Shown here: positions 34,915-44,273 of the stretch, one piece after another | Position numbering within the stretch: the stretch's first letter is position 1 | Layout: every line of letters starts with the position of its first letter | Assembly: GCA_028280575.1 (NCBI GenBank) | Contig: JANQLN010000010.1 | Location: 18,933 to 82,932 of the forward strand | Length of the DNA: 64,000 bases | From: Clostridia bacterium | GTDB taxonomy: Bacteria; Bacillota; Clostridia; Acetivibrionales; STF1-152 | Direction of reading: 5' to 3' | The notes under the pieces: model-generated | The model's database searches: none | What the model was told of the DNA's origin: nothing | What the model saw: only the letters and a program-made list of their open reading frames with translations | Translations under genes and position numbers: made by a program

Positions 34915-36090
34915 GTGAAAATGACAGGGGAAAAATATAAAGTATTGCAGCCTCCTGCAAGAATTGGAATTATAGGGGGGGGACAGCTTGGCAAGATGAT
35001 AACGGTTGAAGCCAAACGAATGGGCTATCATGTAACAGTACTTGACCCCACCCCGTCCTCTCCTGCCGCACAGGTCGCCGACAAGCAGATAACCGCTTCA
35101 TTTATGGACAAAAGTGCAACTAAAAAGCTTGCCGGGGCTTGTGATGTCATAACCTATGAATTCGAGCATATTGATGCAGATATTTTAATTGAGCTGGAGA
35201 AGGAAGGATACAATATACTTCCATCAGGCAAATCCTTAAAAACCATACAGGATAAATATGTCCAGAAAACCATGCTTAAAAAGGCGGGGATTTTGGTACC
35301 GGATTATATCCTTGTAAAGGATATGCAGGATATGTCAAAGTGTATTGATACCCTAGGCTTGCCATTTATACTAAAGACCCGCTGGGGAGGATATGACGGA
35401 AAAGGTAATTGTGTTGTAAAATCCGAAGAGCAGATGGATAAGGTGATGGAAAAATTTGCAGGACATAGCTTGATGGCAGAGAGATTTATTAAATTTGAAC
35501 GTGAGCTGTCCATTATTGCTGCACGGAATTTAAAAAATGATTATGCCTTTTATCCTGTAGTTGAAAATATACATGAAAACAGCATACTTCGCTTAAACAG
35601 GGCACCGTCAGACATAAATAGCCCAGTTGAAAAAAAGGTGCGAAAGATTGCGGAAAAGGTAATAGAAATTCTTGACGACTATGGTGTATTCTGTATAGAA
35701 ATGTTCCTTACTCCAAATGAAGAGGTTTATGTTAATGAAATAGCCCCCCGGCCGCATAATTCAGGGCATTATACAATTGAAGGCTGTGCCGCTTCACAAT
35801 TTGAGCAGCTGGTAAGGGTGATTACGGGAATGCCTTTAGGTTCTACAGAGCTTCGCAGCCCTTGTGTTATGGTTAATATACTCGGAAATGATACCGTTGA
35901 AGGGGAACATAGATTTGAGGGGATTGAAAATGTTATTGGTGAAGATGGTATATATCTTCATTTGTACGGTAAGAAAAACACAAAGAAATTGAAAAAAATC
36001 GGACATATAACTGCTTTAGATAAATCCATTAAAGCTGCTGAGGAAAAAGCGCTGAGATCATTAAAAAATATTGTAATTAAACCATTGTAA
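34915..36090 (+). CDS. purK: N5-carboxyaminoimidazole ribonucleotide synthase
   Basis: 391 aa with an ATP-grasp pattern: RIGIIGGGQLGKM...ITYEFEHID...LPFILKTRWGGYDGKGN...FERELSIIAAR...NEIAPRPHNSGH. The track start is a GTG at 34915. An ATG at 34921 is also possible. Confidence 0.93.
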   Translation: MKMTGEKYKVLQPPARIGIIGGGQLGKMITVEAKRMGYHVTVLDPTPSSPAAQVADKQITASFMDKSATKKLAGACDVITYEFEHIDADILIELEKEGYNILPSGKSLKTIQDKYVQKTMLKKAGILVPDYILVKDMQDMSKCIDTLGLPFILKTRWGGYDGKGNCVVKSEEQMDKVMEKFAGHSLMAERFIKFERELSIIAARNLKNDYAFYPVVENIHENSILRLNRAPSDINSPVEKKVRKIAEKVIEILDDYGVFCIEMFLTPNEEVYVNEIAPRPHNSGHYTIEGCAASQFEQLVRVITGMPLGSTELRSPCVMVNILGNDTVEGEHRFEGIENVIGEDGIYLHLYGKKNTKKLKKIGHITALDKSIKAAEEKALRSLKNIVIKPL

Positions 36091-36102
36091 GGAGATGAGG
36101 AT

Positions 36103-36537
36103 ATGCCCGAATTAAAGGTGGGAATAATTATGGGAAGCGATTCGGACCTGCATGTGATGAACAAGGTTGCCGGGATACTTAAAGAACTGGGTATTGAATT
36201 TGAAATGAATATAGTATCGGCCCACAGGACACCTGAGAATATGTACAATTATGCCAAGACAGCAGAGCAAAGGGGTATCGCTGTCATAATAGCAGGAGCC
36301 GGAGGCTCTGCCCATCTTCCCGGAATGGTTGCATCTTTGACATGCATTCCGGTTATAGGCGTACCCATCAAATCAAAAAGTTTAGACGGGATGGATTCCC
36401 TTCTTTCAATAGTGCAAATGCCTGCCGGCGTTCCTGTGGCAACAGTTCCAGTCGACGGAGGTGCTGTAGCCGGCAGGCTTGCTGCCAGGATGCTTGGAGT
36501 AGGCGATATGAAAATAAGGCAAAAACTGGCTACATAA
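36103..36537 (+). CDS. purE: N5-CAIR mutase (class I PurE)
   Basis: 144 aa with [14 protein letters not shown]...VSAHRTPE...[17 protein letters not shown]...PVIGVP. It is paired with purK, which implies class I. Confidence 0.93.
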   Translation: MPELKVGIIMGSDSDLHVMNKVAGILKELGIEFEMNIVSAHRTPENMYNYAKTAEQRGIAVIIAGAGGSAHLPGMVASLTCIPVIGVPIKSKSLDGMDSLLSIVQMPAGVPVATVPVDGGAVAGRLAARMLGVGDMKIRQKLAT

Positions 36538-36592
36538 AGGATAAAAATTGTAACGCGCAGCAAACTAAGTTTAATATGAAGGAGGTACATGC

Positions 36593-37975
36593 TTGAGTAA
36601 AAGTAATCCACGCCAGGAACTGTTAAATAAAGACTTACTTTCATATAATCCAAGACAATGGCGGATTAATATGCCTTTTAAGGACTACAATCTGAGACTT
36701 GAAGACATTGTTCCTGCACTATCGGGCACCATAGGCAAAATTTCCCTGGTTGCTGCATTTGTTATGGCGTGGTCTTCAGGTTTTAATATAACAGATCCTT
36801 CATTCGTAACTGAAAATGTAAGGCTTGAAATTGTTTTTGCCAGCATCGTCACAATATTATTCTGTGCTGTTCTGAATCCGTATGCAGGCCCCCCCGGAAC
36901 TCTTGCCCCCTTAATTCCGTTAGTTCCGGTGATGGTATCGTCAGGAGTGCATCCATTGCCTTTAAGCATTCTTATTGGATTTATAGGACTTATAATATCT
37001 TCCTTTAAATACTTTACTAAAGTGGTAAAAATTAATGGTACGGGAACAAAAGGAGGAATTATTCTTTTATTTGGTTTTCTCGGAATAAGCAGTTCTTTCG
37101 AAAACTTAAGAAATTGGACTGACAATAGTGAAAAATCCGGGCTGTTTATTCTGCTTTTATTAGTGGGCCTTGTTTTGTATATTTTACTCAATAAATTCAA
37201 AGCAAGGTGGATGATAATACCCGCATGCGCTGTAGCTTCCATAGCTATAGCTTCATTCTTCAGCTTATACCCCACATTAGAAACCGGCATAGGCCTCCCA
37301 ATAATAAACCCTAATGTTTGGTGGAATGAAAAATGGGGTATAGGCTGGGGATTAAATATTCAAAATTTTATTAAAGCATTTCCCTTTGCACTGCTTGCAG
37401 TTGTTATGTGGCCGATAGATGCACTGGCGATTAAGACAATACAGGAAGCAAACTATCCTGAGAAAGCTAAAAAAGCCATTTTTTATATGAATCCTACATA
37501 TATTATCGTATCTATAAGGAACATTGTAGGTGCATTGCTTGGCGGTGCTCAAATATCGGCAATATGGAGAAGCTTTATGATTCCTCTGGGGATAGTGAAA
37601 AGACCTATAGCAGCAAGTGCTTTAATATTAGGGTTACTTGGAATATGCTTCGGCATTTCCGGATTTTTAATAGATATTGCGGTTTTTCCTCCTTTATTAT
37701 GGCTGGTTTTGATATTTGGTGTATATATACCCCTTATAGAAGTCGGATTAAACACCATAAAAAGTGTTGCATCGGCTCAAATAGCCGCAATCTGCATCAT
37801 TACAGGTATTGCGGTAAATCCGGTACTGGGATGGATTGCTTCTGTCTTTGTTGAAAACTTTAAAATAATCAAGGATTCCGACAGTGATATAAATCAATCC
37901 ACAAAGGACCGTTATATAACGGTAGGCTTGATAACCATAACTATCGTCACGTTTTTATCAACATATACTTTGTAG
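36593..37975 (+). CDS. Polytopic membrane protein, probable transporter of unknown family and substrate
   Basis: 460 aa with about 11-12 hydrophobic segments. The TTG start at 36593 has GGAGG 7 nt upstream. It lies 55 nt after purE with no intervening terminator. I recognise no diagnostic family motif. Confidence 0.7.
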   Translation: MSKSNPRQELLNKDLLSYNPRQWRINMPFKDYNLRLEDIVPALSGTIGKISLVAAFVMAWSSGFNITDPSFVTENVRLEIVFASIVTILFCAVLNPYAGPPGTLAPLIPLVPVMVSSGVHPLPLSILIGFIGLIISSFKYFTKVVKINGTGTKGGIILLFGFLGISSSFENLRNWTDNSEKSGLFILLLLVGLVLYILLNKFKARWMIIPACAVASIAIASFFSLYPTLETGIGLPIINPNVWWNEKWGIGWGLNIQNFIKAFPFALLAVVMWPIDALAIKTIQEANYPEKAKKAIFYMNPTYIIVSIRNIVGALLGGAQISAIWRSFMIPLGIVKRPIAASALILGLLGICFGISGFLIDIAVFPPLLWLVLIFGVYIPLIEVGLNTIKSVASAQIAAICIITGIAVNPVLGWIASVFVENFKIIKDSDSDINQSTKDRYITVGLITITIVTFLSTYTL

Positions 37976-38010
37976 AGCAAGCTATGCAATATGTTGTGAA
38001 TAATTTACAA

Positions 38011-38106
38011 TTAGAGGGAGTAACGGTCTGTCTTTATGGCAGGAATAAAGTCGTCATTACGGCATAAAAGCCCGGCTTTATTGCATTAATGTTCGTGAGA
38101 CTCTAC
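38011..38106 (+). promoter_or_regulatory. yybP-ykoY (Mn2+) riboswitch aptamer
   Basis: The sequence is TTAGAGGGAGTAACGGTCTGTCTTTATGGCAGGAATAAAGTCGTCATTACGGCATAAAAGCCCGGCTTTATTGCATTAATGTTCGTGAGACTCTAC. It contains the conserved blocks I associate with this family (GGGAGUA, AAAGUCGUCA, CCGGCUUU-UUG, AGAC) in the right order. The 5' AGAG and 3' CUCU close P1. It lies directly upstream of a P-type ATPase, a known genomic context for this class. Confidence 0.8.
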
Positions 38107-38145
38107 ACTTAAACTGCTTTTGGTTTGGGTGTAGAGTATTTTTAT
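38101..38145 (+). terminator. Riboswitch expression-platform terminator
   Basis: CTCTACACTTAAAC (38101..38114) pairs with GTTTGGGTGTAGAG (38123..38136), giving 14 bp including 2 G-U pairs and an 8-nt loop, then TATTTTTAT. The 5' arm shares CUCU with the 3' strand of aptamer P1, so the two structures are mutually exclusive (ON-switch logic). Confidence 0.75.
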
Positions 38146-38191
38146 GCAGGTGCTTAAAAAAAATCTATTTGGAACGGTGGAGCTTTAAAAG

Positions 38192-40813
38192 ATGAATAGT
38201 ATATACAACAAAACAGAAGAAGAAATAATGGACAAGGTACAGGCAGGTTTTGACGGCCTGACAGAAGAAGAGGCAGATATAAGGAGACTGCGGGACGGAT
38301 ATAATGAACTTAAGGAAATAAAGAAAAAAAGTATAGTTAAAGTGTTTTTAAGCCAGTTTACCGACTTTCTCATAATAATTCTCTTATGTGCCGCAACTAT
38401 TTCGTTGTTCTTGAAAGATATTAAAAGTGCATTAGTAATAGTTTCCGTTACGGTTTTGAACGCAGTTCTTGGAGCAGTCCAGCATGTAAAAGCAGAGAAA
38501 TCTCTGGAAAGCTTAAGGTCGCTTTCTTCACCTACGGCACGTGTCCTGAGAAATGGAAACAAGATAGAAATACCGTCAAGAGAAGTAGTTGTGGGAGATA
38601 TTTTGTTTTTAGAAGCAGGAGACTATATTAGTGCGGATGGAAGAATTATCGAGAACTTTAGCTTTCAAACCAATGAAAGCTCATTAACCGGGGAATCGGT
38701 AAGTGTAGTTAAGAGCGCAGACAAAATTGCAAAAAGTAATGTGGCAATTAACGATAGGAATAATATGGTGTTTACCGGAACCCTGGGCACGTACGGACGT
38801 GCCGTAGTTGTAGTAACCAGTATTGGAATGGACACTGAGCTGGGAAAAATTGCATCCCTGCTGGAAGCAGCCAAGGTAAAAAAGACACCCCTCCAGGTTA
38901 CTCTCGATAAATTTGGTAAAAAGCTTGCTGCTGCCATAGCGGCTCTTTGCGCACTGATATTCTTACTCAATGTTGTAAGAGGATATGATATGATAGAATC
39001 TTTCATGTTTGCAGTTGCGCTGGCTGTTGCAGCTATACCGGAAGCTTTAAGCTCCATTGTGACTATAGTGCTTGCAATTGGCACCCAGAAAATGGCAAAA
39101 GAAAACGCCATTGTAAGGAAGCTCCAGGCAGTTGAAAGCCTGGGGAGTGTTTCTGTTATATGTTCGGACAAGACCGGTACCCTAACCCAGAACAAAATGG
39201 TAGTTGAAAAGATATATTTAGACTCAATGCTGATTGATATAGAAAACCTGGAAATGAAGGATACGCTCCAAAGAAAAATATTGGAAATGAGTCTATTGTG
39301 TAATGACGCCGTAACAACGGAGGCACAAGCTATTGGTGATCCTACGGAGTTAGCGCTGGTTCATATGGGGGAATATCACAAAGTAGATGAAGATGATATC
39401 CGGAAAATGCACCCTCGCCTTTCAGAAGTGCCTTTTGATTCTGAAAGAAAAATGATGAGTACTCTGAATAATATTAATGGTGAATTTGTTATGATTACCA
39501 AGGGAGCAGTTGATGTTATAATAAAAAGAGTCAGCAGGATAGCCACAAAAGACGGAGTAAAGCCGATTCTTAAAAATGATTTAAAGGATATTGAATATAC
39601 CAACAGGGAATTGTCTAAAGAGGGATTAAGAGTTTTAGCCTTTTGCTATAAAATATTGCCCGGTAATAAAGTATTGAGTATTGAAGATGAATCCGACCTT
39701 GTATTTATAGGGCTGGGCGCTATGGTTGACCCTCCGAGGAAAGAGTCTAAACAGGCGGTGGAAGATTGCATAAATGCAGGGATCAAGCCGGTCATGATTA
39801 CAGGTGACCACAAAATAACTGCCGCAGCAATAGCAAAGCATATTAAAATAGTCAGGGATGATAGTGAAGTAATTGAAGGGTGTGAGCTGGAGAGGCTTAC
39901 GGACGAACAACTCAAAAAGAGGGTAGGAAGGATTTCCGTATATGCCCGGGTTTCTCCTGAACACAAAATAAGGATTGTAAAGGCATGGCAGGACCTGGGT
40001 AATGTTGTAGCGATGACGGGTGACGGGGTAAATGATGCACCGGCACTTAAACAAGCAGATATTGGAATTGCAATGGGCAAGGTAGGCACTGAAGTTGCAA
40101 AGGATGCCTCCTCCATGATATTGACCGATGATAATTTTGCAACTATTGTTAAAGCAATCTCTAACGGAAGGAGTATTTATACAAATATAAAGAATGCAAT
40201 AAAATTTCTTCTATCCGGTAATACTGCCGGCATACTTACAGTCTTGTATACATCACTTGTACACCTTCCGCTGCCCTTTACGGCAGTGCATCTTCTGTTT
40301 ATTAACCTGTTGACAGACTCATTGCCTGCTATCGCTTTAGGATTGGAGCCCCATAGCAAGGATGTGATGAGGGAAAAACCCAGGGATATAAAGAAGCCGA
40401 TGCTTACAAAATCTTTTATATTCAACATTCTGACAGAAGGTTCAATCATTGCGGCAAGTACCATCACTGCTTTCTATTATGGTATGAATAAGGGTGGGGC
40501 CGGGCTTGGAAGTACCATGGCATTTTCAGTACTTGCACTTGCCAGGCTGATACATGGATTTAACTGCCGTTCCAGGCTTCCGATATACAAGATCGGGGTG
40601 TTTTCAAACAGGTACCAATGGCTGGCACTGACTGCAGGCAGTATTTTACTTGCTCTTGTTCTTGCCGTAAGGCCTTTGCAGAAAATTTTTGACGTTGAAC
40701 ATATGGTAATTAATGAACTGGAAGTTATAATAGCCCTGGCCTGTTGTCCGTTATTAATAATACAAATGATCAAGATAATTGCTTTCAGAATTAAAAACTC
40801 TGCAAGGTCATAA
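38192..40813 (+). CDS. P2-type cation-transporting P-type ATPase (Ca2+/Mn2+ exporter type)
   Basis: 873 aa with CSDKTGTLTQN (phospho-Asp), KGAVDV, MITGDHKITA and MTGDGVNDAPALKQADIGIAMG. TM4 reads AIPEALSSIV (canonical PEGLP). TM6 reads NLLTDSLPAIALG. RBS GGTGGAG. Confidence 0.92.
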   Translation: MNSIYNKTEEEIMDKVQAGFDGLTEEEADIRRLRDGYNELKEIKKKSIVKVFLSQFTDFLIIILLCAATISLFLKDIKSALVIVSVTVLNAVLGAVQHVKAEKSLESLRSLSSPTARVLRNGNKIEIPSREVVVGDILFLEAGDYISADGRIIENFSFQTNESSLTGESVSVVKSADKIAKSNVAINDRNNMVFTGTLGTYGRAVVVVTSIGMDTELGKIASLLEAAKVKKTPLQVTLDKFGKKLAAAIAALCALIFLLNVVRGYDMIESFMFAVALAVAAIPEALSSIVTIVLAIGTQKMAKENAIVRKLQAVESLGSVSVICSDKTGTLTQNKMVVEKIYLDSMLIDIENLEMKDTLQRKILEMSLLCNDAVTTEAQAIGDPTELALVHMGEYHKVDEDDIRKMHPRLSEVPFDSERKMMSTLNNINGEFVMITKGAVDVIIKRVSRIATKDGVKPILKNDLKDIEYTNRELSKEGLRVLAFCYKILPGNKVLSIEDESDLVFIGLGAMVDPPRKESKQAVEDCINAGIKPVMITGDHKITAAAIAKHIKIVRDDSEVIEGCELERLTDEQLKKRVGRISVYARVSPEHKIRIVKAWQDLGNVVAMTGDGVNDAPALKQADIGIAMGKVGTEVAKDASSMILTDDNFATIVKAISNGRSIYTNIKNAIKFLLSGNTAGILTVLYTSLVHLPLPFTAVHLLFINLLTDSLPAIALGLEPHSKDVMREKPRDIKKPMLTKSFIFNILTEGSIIAASTITAFYYGMNKGGAGLGSTMAFSVLALARLIHGFNCRSRLPIYKIGVFSNRYQWLALTAGSILLALVLAVRPLQKIFDVEHMVINELEVIIALACCPLLIIQMIKIIAFRIKNSARS

Positions 40814-40828
40814 ATAAAAAGCTCGACT

Positions 40829-42637
40829 TTATTTAATGATGGGGAGAATCAGTTCAACGTTCGTGCCTACTCCATAAGTACTGTAAAGCCTGACGCCGTA
40901 TTTTTCACCAAAGGATATACGAATACGTTCGTTGACGTTTACAAGAGCAATGCTCCCCTTATCCCTTTGCTCGTCATTATCAAAGGTATATTTGATTTTG
41001 CTGGAAAGACTGCAGTTGATTCTCTCCAATTGATCACACTTGATTCCCACACCATTGTCTTCAATGTTGATAACCATTCTCTTATCTGTTGTGCAAATAT
41101 TTATATTGATAGTACCTTCACCGGGCTTGCTTTCAAGCCCATGAATTACAGCATTTTCCACCAAAGGCTGTATTAGTAGCTTTAGCAGCTTAAAGTCCAT
41201 TATTTTTGGATCATTATCAATAATATCAATTACCAGTTTAAACCTATTGCCAAAACGAAATTCCTGGATCATCATATAATTTTCAACATTTTTAAGCTCC
41301 TCTTTTAAAGTTACAAAATTGTCCGCATTGCTTATGCTGTAACGGAAAACGGAAGATAATATCTTAGCCATATTAGCGCTTTTAACTGCCCCCTCACACA
41401 AAGCCTGCCCTCTTATAGAATCAATTGTATTATAGAGGAAATGCGGGTTGATCTGGGTTTGGAGAGCGTTGAGCTCAGCACGTTTTTTTAGTATTTTAGT
41501 GTAGTATTCATTGTTTATCAGATTCCTTATGGTCAAAGCTATATTGTTCAAGTCAGAGGCTAAAGGATAAAATCGTTTATTCTGGCTAATGCCTATGTTG
41601 AAATCAAAGTCACCTGAAACCATACTGTGTATAGCTTTATCAATTTTAGTAACAGGGGAATATATACTGAAAACAAATAACAATAGAATTACCAGAGTTA
41701 TTAAAATGAGTGCGATGGTTAAATTAAAGAAATTTTTAAATAAATAGCTAAAGTGCATGTCTATATATTGACTTTTAAAAATACCCATCAAAACAAAATC
41801 GTATTTATCTGAGGCACAATGAAAAACATAGTTGGAAGCAGAAGTTATTTTGCCTTGGCCTTTGACTGGAAAATAATTGCCATTGCTGTTTTGGTACTGC
41901 TTGAAAAATTGAATTGTATCAATATAAATTTCCGGTTTATTATTCTTATAATAAAGTACTTGGCCTCTGCCATTAAACAATATCGGATTCCCATTATTAA
42001 TTATGGAGTTTGCATATATTATCCTGCTGAGGAAGGATATATCCAATTCCAGTACAATTATAAAGTACCGGTCCAAATATCTATACACTCTGGATAATTG
42101 TAAGCAAGTAGAATTTTTATATTTTAACGTGCCCAAATATACTTTATCCCGAATCCCGTTTTCAAAGTCCTTCCCCAACTGTGAATTAACCGGATACTCA
42201 GGAGCAGAATAATTGTCATTGATGCAATGTTTTGCTATCGGCATACCATCTGGTCCATACACAGAAATTGCATATAAGTTATTATTATACTTCAAAACAT
42301 TTTTAATCTCACGGATAATCGATGAGTTATCATTAAGCGGAAATTGTGAAGAGTAATAAGAGCGAAAATCCATAGCCAGCGCGTCCGAAATTTTTATAAG
42401 TGAATCAAATAAAAAATCAAATGTAGAGACTGTATCTTTCAGCGAGCCGCTAACAGATGCAATATTGGTATCAACCTGGTAATCCGTGGCATTCTTGTGA
42501 ATGGTGTAGCCATAATAGTAAATACTTAAAACAAGAATACTCAGTATTAGAACAATGGTTAATATCAAACTAACCTTAATACCAAAAAATCTTTTGAATT
42601 GAGTTAAAAATTTTATCTTTTCTACACTATTTCTCAT
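40829..42637 (-). CDS. Sensor histidine kinase, YesM/LytS-like (TM, extracytoplasmic domain, TM, HAMP, His_kinase, HATPase)
   Basis: 602 aa with two TM helices, a HAMP-like segment (PVTKIDKAIHSMVSGDFDF), the phospho-His box QINPHFLYNTIDSI, and the HATPase motifs LVENAVIHG and IEDNGVGI. The start overlaps the response-regulator stop by 4 nt. Confidence 0.92.
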   Translation of the reverse strand: MRNSVEKIKFLTQFKRFFGIKVSLILTIVLILSILVLSIYYYGYTIHKNATDYQVDTNIASVSGSLKDTVSTFDFLFDSLIKISDALAMDFRSYYSSQFPLNDNSSIIREIKNVLKYNNNLYAISVYGPDGMPIAKHCINDNYSAPEYPVNSQLGKDFENGIRDKVYLGTLKYKNSTCLQLSRVYRYLDRYFIIVLELDISFLSRIIYANSIINNGNPILFNGRGQVLYYKNNKPEIYIDTIQFFKQYQNSNGNYFPVKGQGKITSASNYVFHCASDKYDFVLMGIFKSQYIDMHFSYLFKNFFNLTIALILITLVILLLFVFSIYSPVTKIDKAIHSMVSGDFDFNIGISQNKRFYPLASDLNNIALTIRNLINNEYYTKILKKRAELNALQTQINPHFLYNTIDSIRGQALCEGAVKSANMAKILSSVFRYSISNADNFVTLKEELKNVENYMMIQEFRFGNRFKLVIDIIDNDPKIMDFKLLKLLIQPLVENAVIHGLESKPGEGTININICTTDKRMVINIEDNGVGIKCDQLERINCSLSSKIKYTFDNDEQRDKGSIALVNVNERIRISFGEKYGVRLYSTYGVGTNVELILPIIK

Positions 42638-44250
42638 ATTCCATTCTTAGATTTCAGATGCACCTTTCTATAATGTCCGGGATTCAAACCTATATATTTT
42701 TTAAAAAGCTTGCTGAAGTATTTTACATCCTTATATCCAACCATTTCAGCTACATTGTATATCCTGTAGCGTATATCCATAAGCAAATTTTTAGCAACTT
42801 CCATACGATAGTTTGCCAGGTAATCTGTAAAATTTGTGCCGGTATTTTTTTTGAATAATACACTGAAATAAGTGGGATTTAAAAATACATGATCTGCAAT
42901 ATCCGTCAGCTTGATATTTTTTGAGTAATTCTTGCTGATATACATTTTAGCTATTGCTATTACGCCCGGATTGTTAATATTCATTTCATCGCAGTATTTC
43001 TCTAATATATCACATATGAAATCGGATACATGTACTATCATTTGATTCAGTGATTTACAGTTATCAATTTCAAAATAGATTTGTTCTTTTGGCATAAAAT
43101 TCTTTTCTACTGAATAACCCATTCTGCCCATGCTTTTATAGAAAAGCTCGACAATCTGATATAAAAGCTTAAATAATATACAAGGATTTGAATTATTATC
43201 TGCAAACTGTTCAACGGTGTTTCTAATCCAACTACAAATTTCATCTGATTTGAATGCTTCAACCAATGCAATGAACTCCCGTTCCTTTTCAACTGTAATT
43301 AACTCAAATGTATAAGTACCATAAAAATAAAGCTTTGATATGTCTAAAACACGGTCGGTTCCTATAAAAATTCTGCATTTTAAGGAATCAAGCGCACTAT
43401 TATATGATCTGTAAAGTGAGTATATATTTGTTTCTTTGCTCCCAATACCTACGGTGACGTGAATGGGCAGCTTGTATTTGGCAGTTAGTATTCTGGTAAG
43501 TGCATCTTTAACGCCTTTGTCAACATGCTCTTTATTAACTGTAGGGTAATTAAGTATACAAACCAGGCTGTCGTTTTGAATTATGGAGAAAAAACTAAAG
43601 CAGCTTACTTTTATTGCATCTGAAATTATTGAAGCATAATAGTCAAAATCCGAAGACTTTATATTAATATTATCACTCTCAAATTTATATATAACTACGT
43701 CAAAAATACCTACCTCAAAAGCCATGCTATACTTTTCATTAATCTCAGTTATGGTCATATCGCTGTCAGCAGTATGTGTCAATAAGCTGAGAATAAAAGA
43801 TTCCTGAAGCTGTGCTAAATTGCTTAATGCTTCACAGCGCAAACTTTCAAGCTTATTGCAAGTTTGCATTTTACTATCAATGGAAAATTTTATTTTTTTG
43901 AGAGCATCATAAAGCTCATTTTCATCAATGGGTTTAAGTAAATAACCTTCTACACCAAGTTTCAACGCAGTTTGTGCATATTTGAAATAGTCATATCCGC
44001 TGATTATAATAAAATGGGTATTCAAAGCAGCAAGACGCACACGTTCTATAAGAGAAATGCCGTCTATAATAGGCATTTTTATATCAACGATTACTATATC
44101 CGGGTTTAAAGAGGTAATCATTTGATAAGTCTGATACCCGTCTTTTGCCGTACCAGCTACTTTCATATCAAGCTTTTCCCATGGAACAGATTTTTTAATT
44201 AATTCACAAATCCAGATTTCATCATCGGCAATCAATACCTTAATCATCAT
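42634..44250 (-). CDS. Response regulator with AraC-type output (YesN-like)
   Basis: 538 aa with the receiver domain MMIKVLIADDE...PDIVIVDIKMP...IIISGY, a long middle region, and a C-terminal AraC double HTH (LTDIADHVFLNPTYFSVLFKK...YNVAEMVGYKDVKYFSKLFKKYIGLNPGHYR). Confidence 0.92.
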   Translation of the reverse strand: MMIKVLIADDEIWICELIKKSVPWEKLDMKVAGTAKDGYQTYQMITSLNPDIVIVDIKMPIIDGISLIERVRLAALNTHFIIISGYDYFKYAQTALKLGVEGYLLKPIDENELYDALKKIKFSIDSKMQTCNKLESLRCEALSNLAQLQESFILSLLTHTADSDMTITEINEKYSMAFEVGIFDVVIYKFESDNINIKSSDFDYYASIISDAIKVSCFSFFSIIQNDSLVCILNYPTVNKEHVDKGVKDALTRILTAKYKLPIHVTVGIGSKETNIYSLYRSYNSALDSLKCRIFIGTDRVLDISKLYFYGTYTFELITVEKEREFIALVEAFKSDEICSWIRNTVEQFADNNSNPCILFKLLYQIVELFYKSMGRMGYSVEKNFMPKEQIYFEIDNCKSLNQMIVHVSDFICDILEKYCDEMNINNPGVIAIAKMYISKNYSKNIKLTDIADHVFLNPTYFSVLFKKNTGTNFTDYLANYRMEVAKNLLMDIRYRIYNVAEMVGYKDVKYFSKLFKKYIGLNPGHYRKVHLKSKNGI

Positions 44251-44273
44251 AGCATCCCCATAACTGACATTTA

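Noticed and set aside
40811-40835. AT-only hairpin (TAAATAAA/TTTATTTA) in the 15-bp gap between the convergent P-type ATPase and kinase genes, as a bidirectional terminator.
   Set aside because: The stem is 8 A-T pairs only and overlaps both stop codons, so its predicted stability is too low to call. Real termination signals may lie inside the opposing coding regions.
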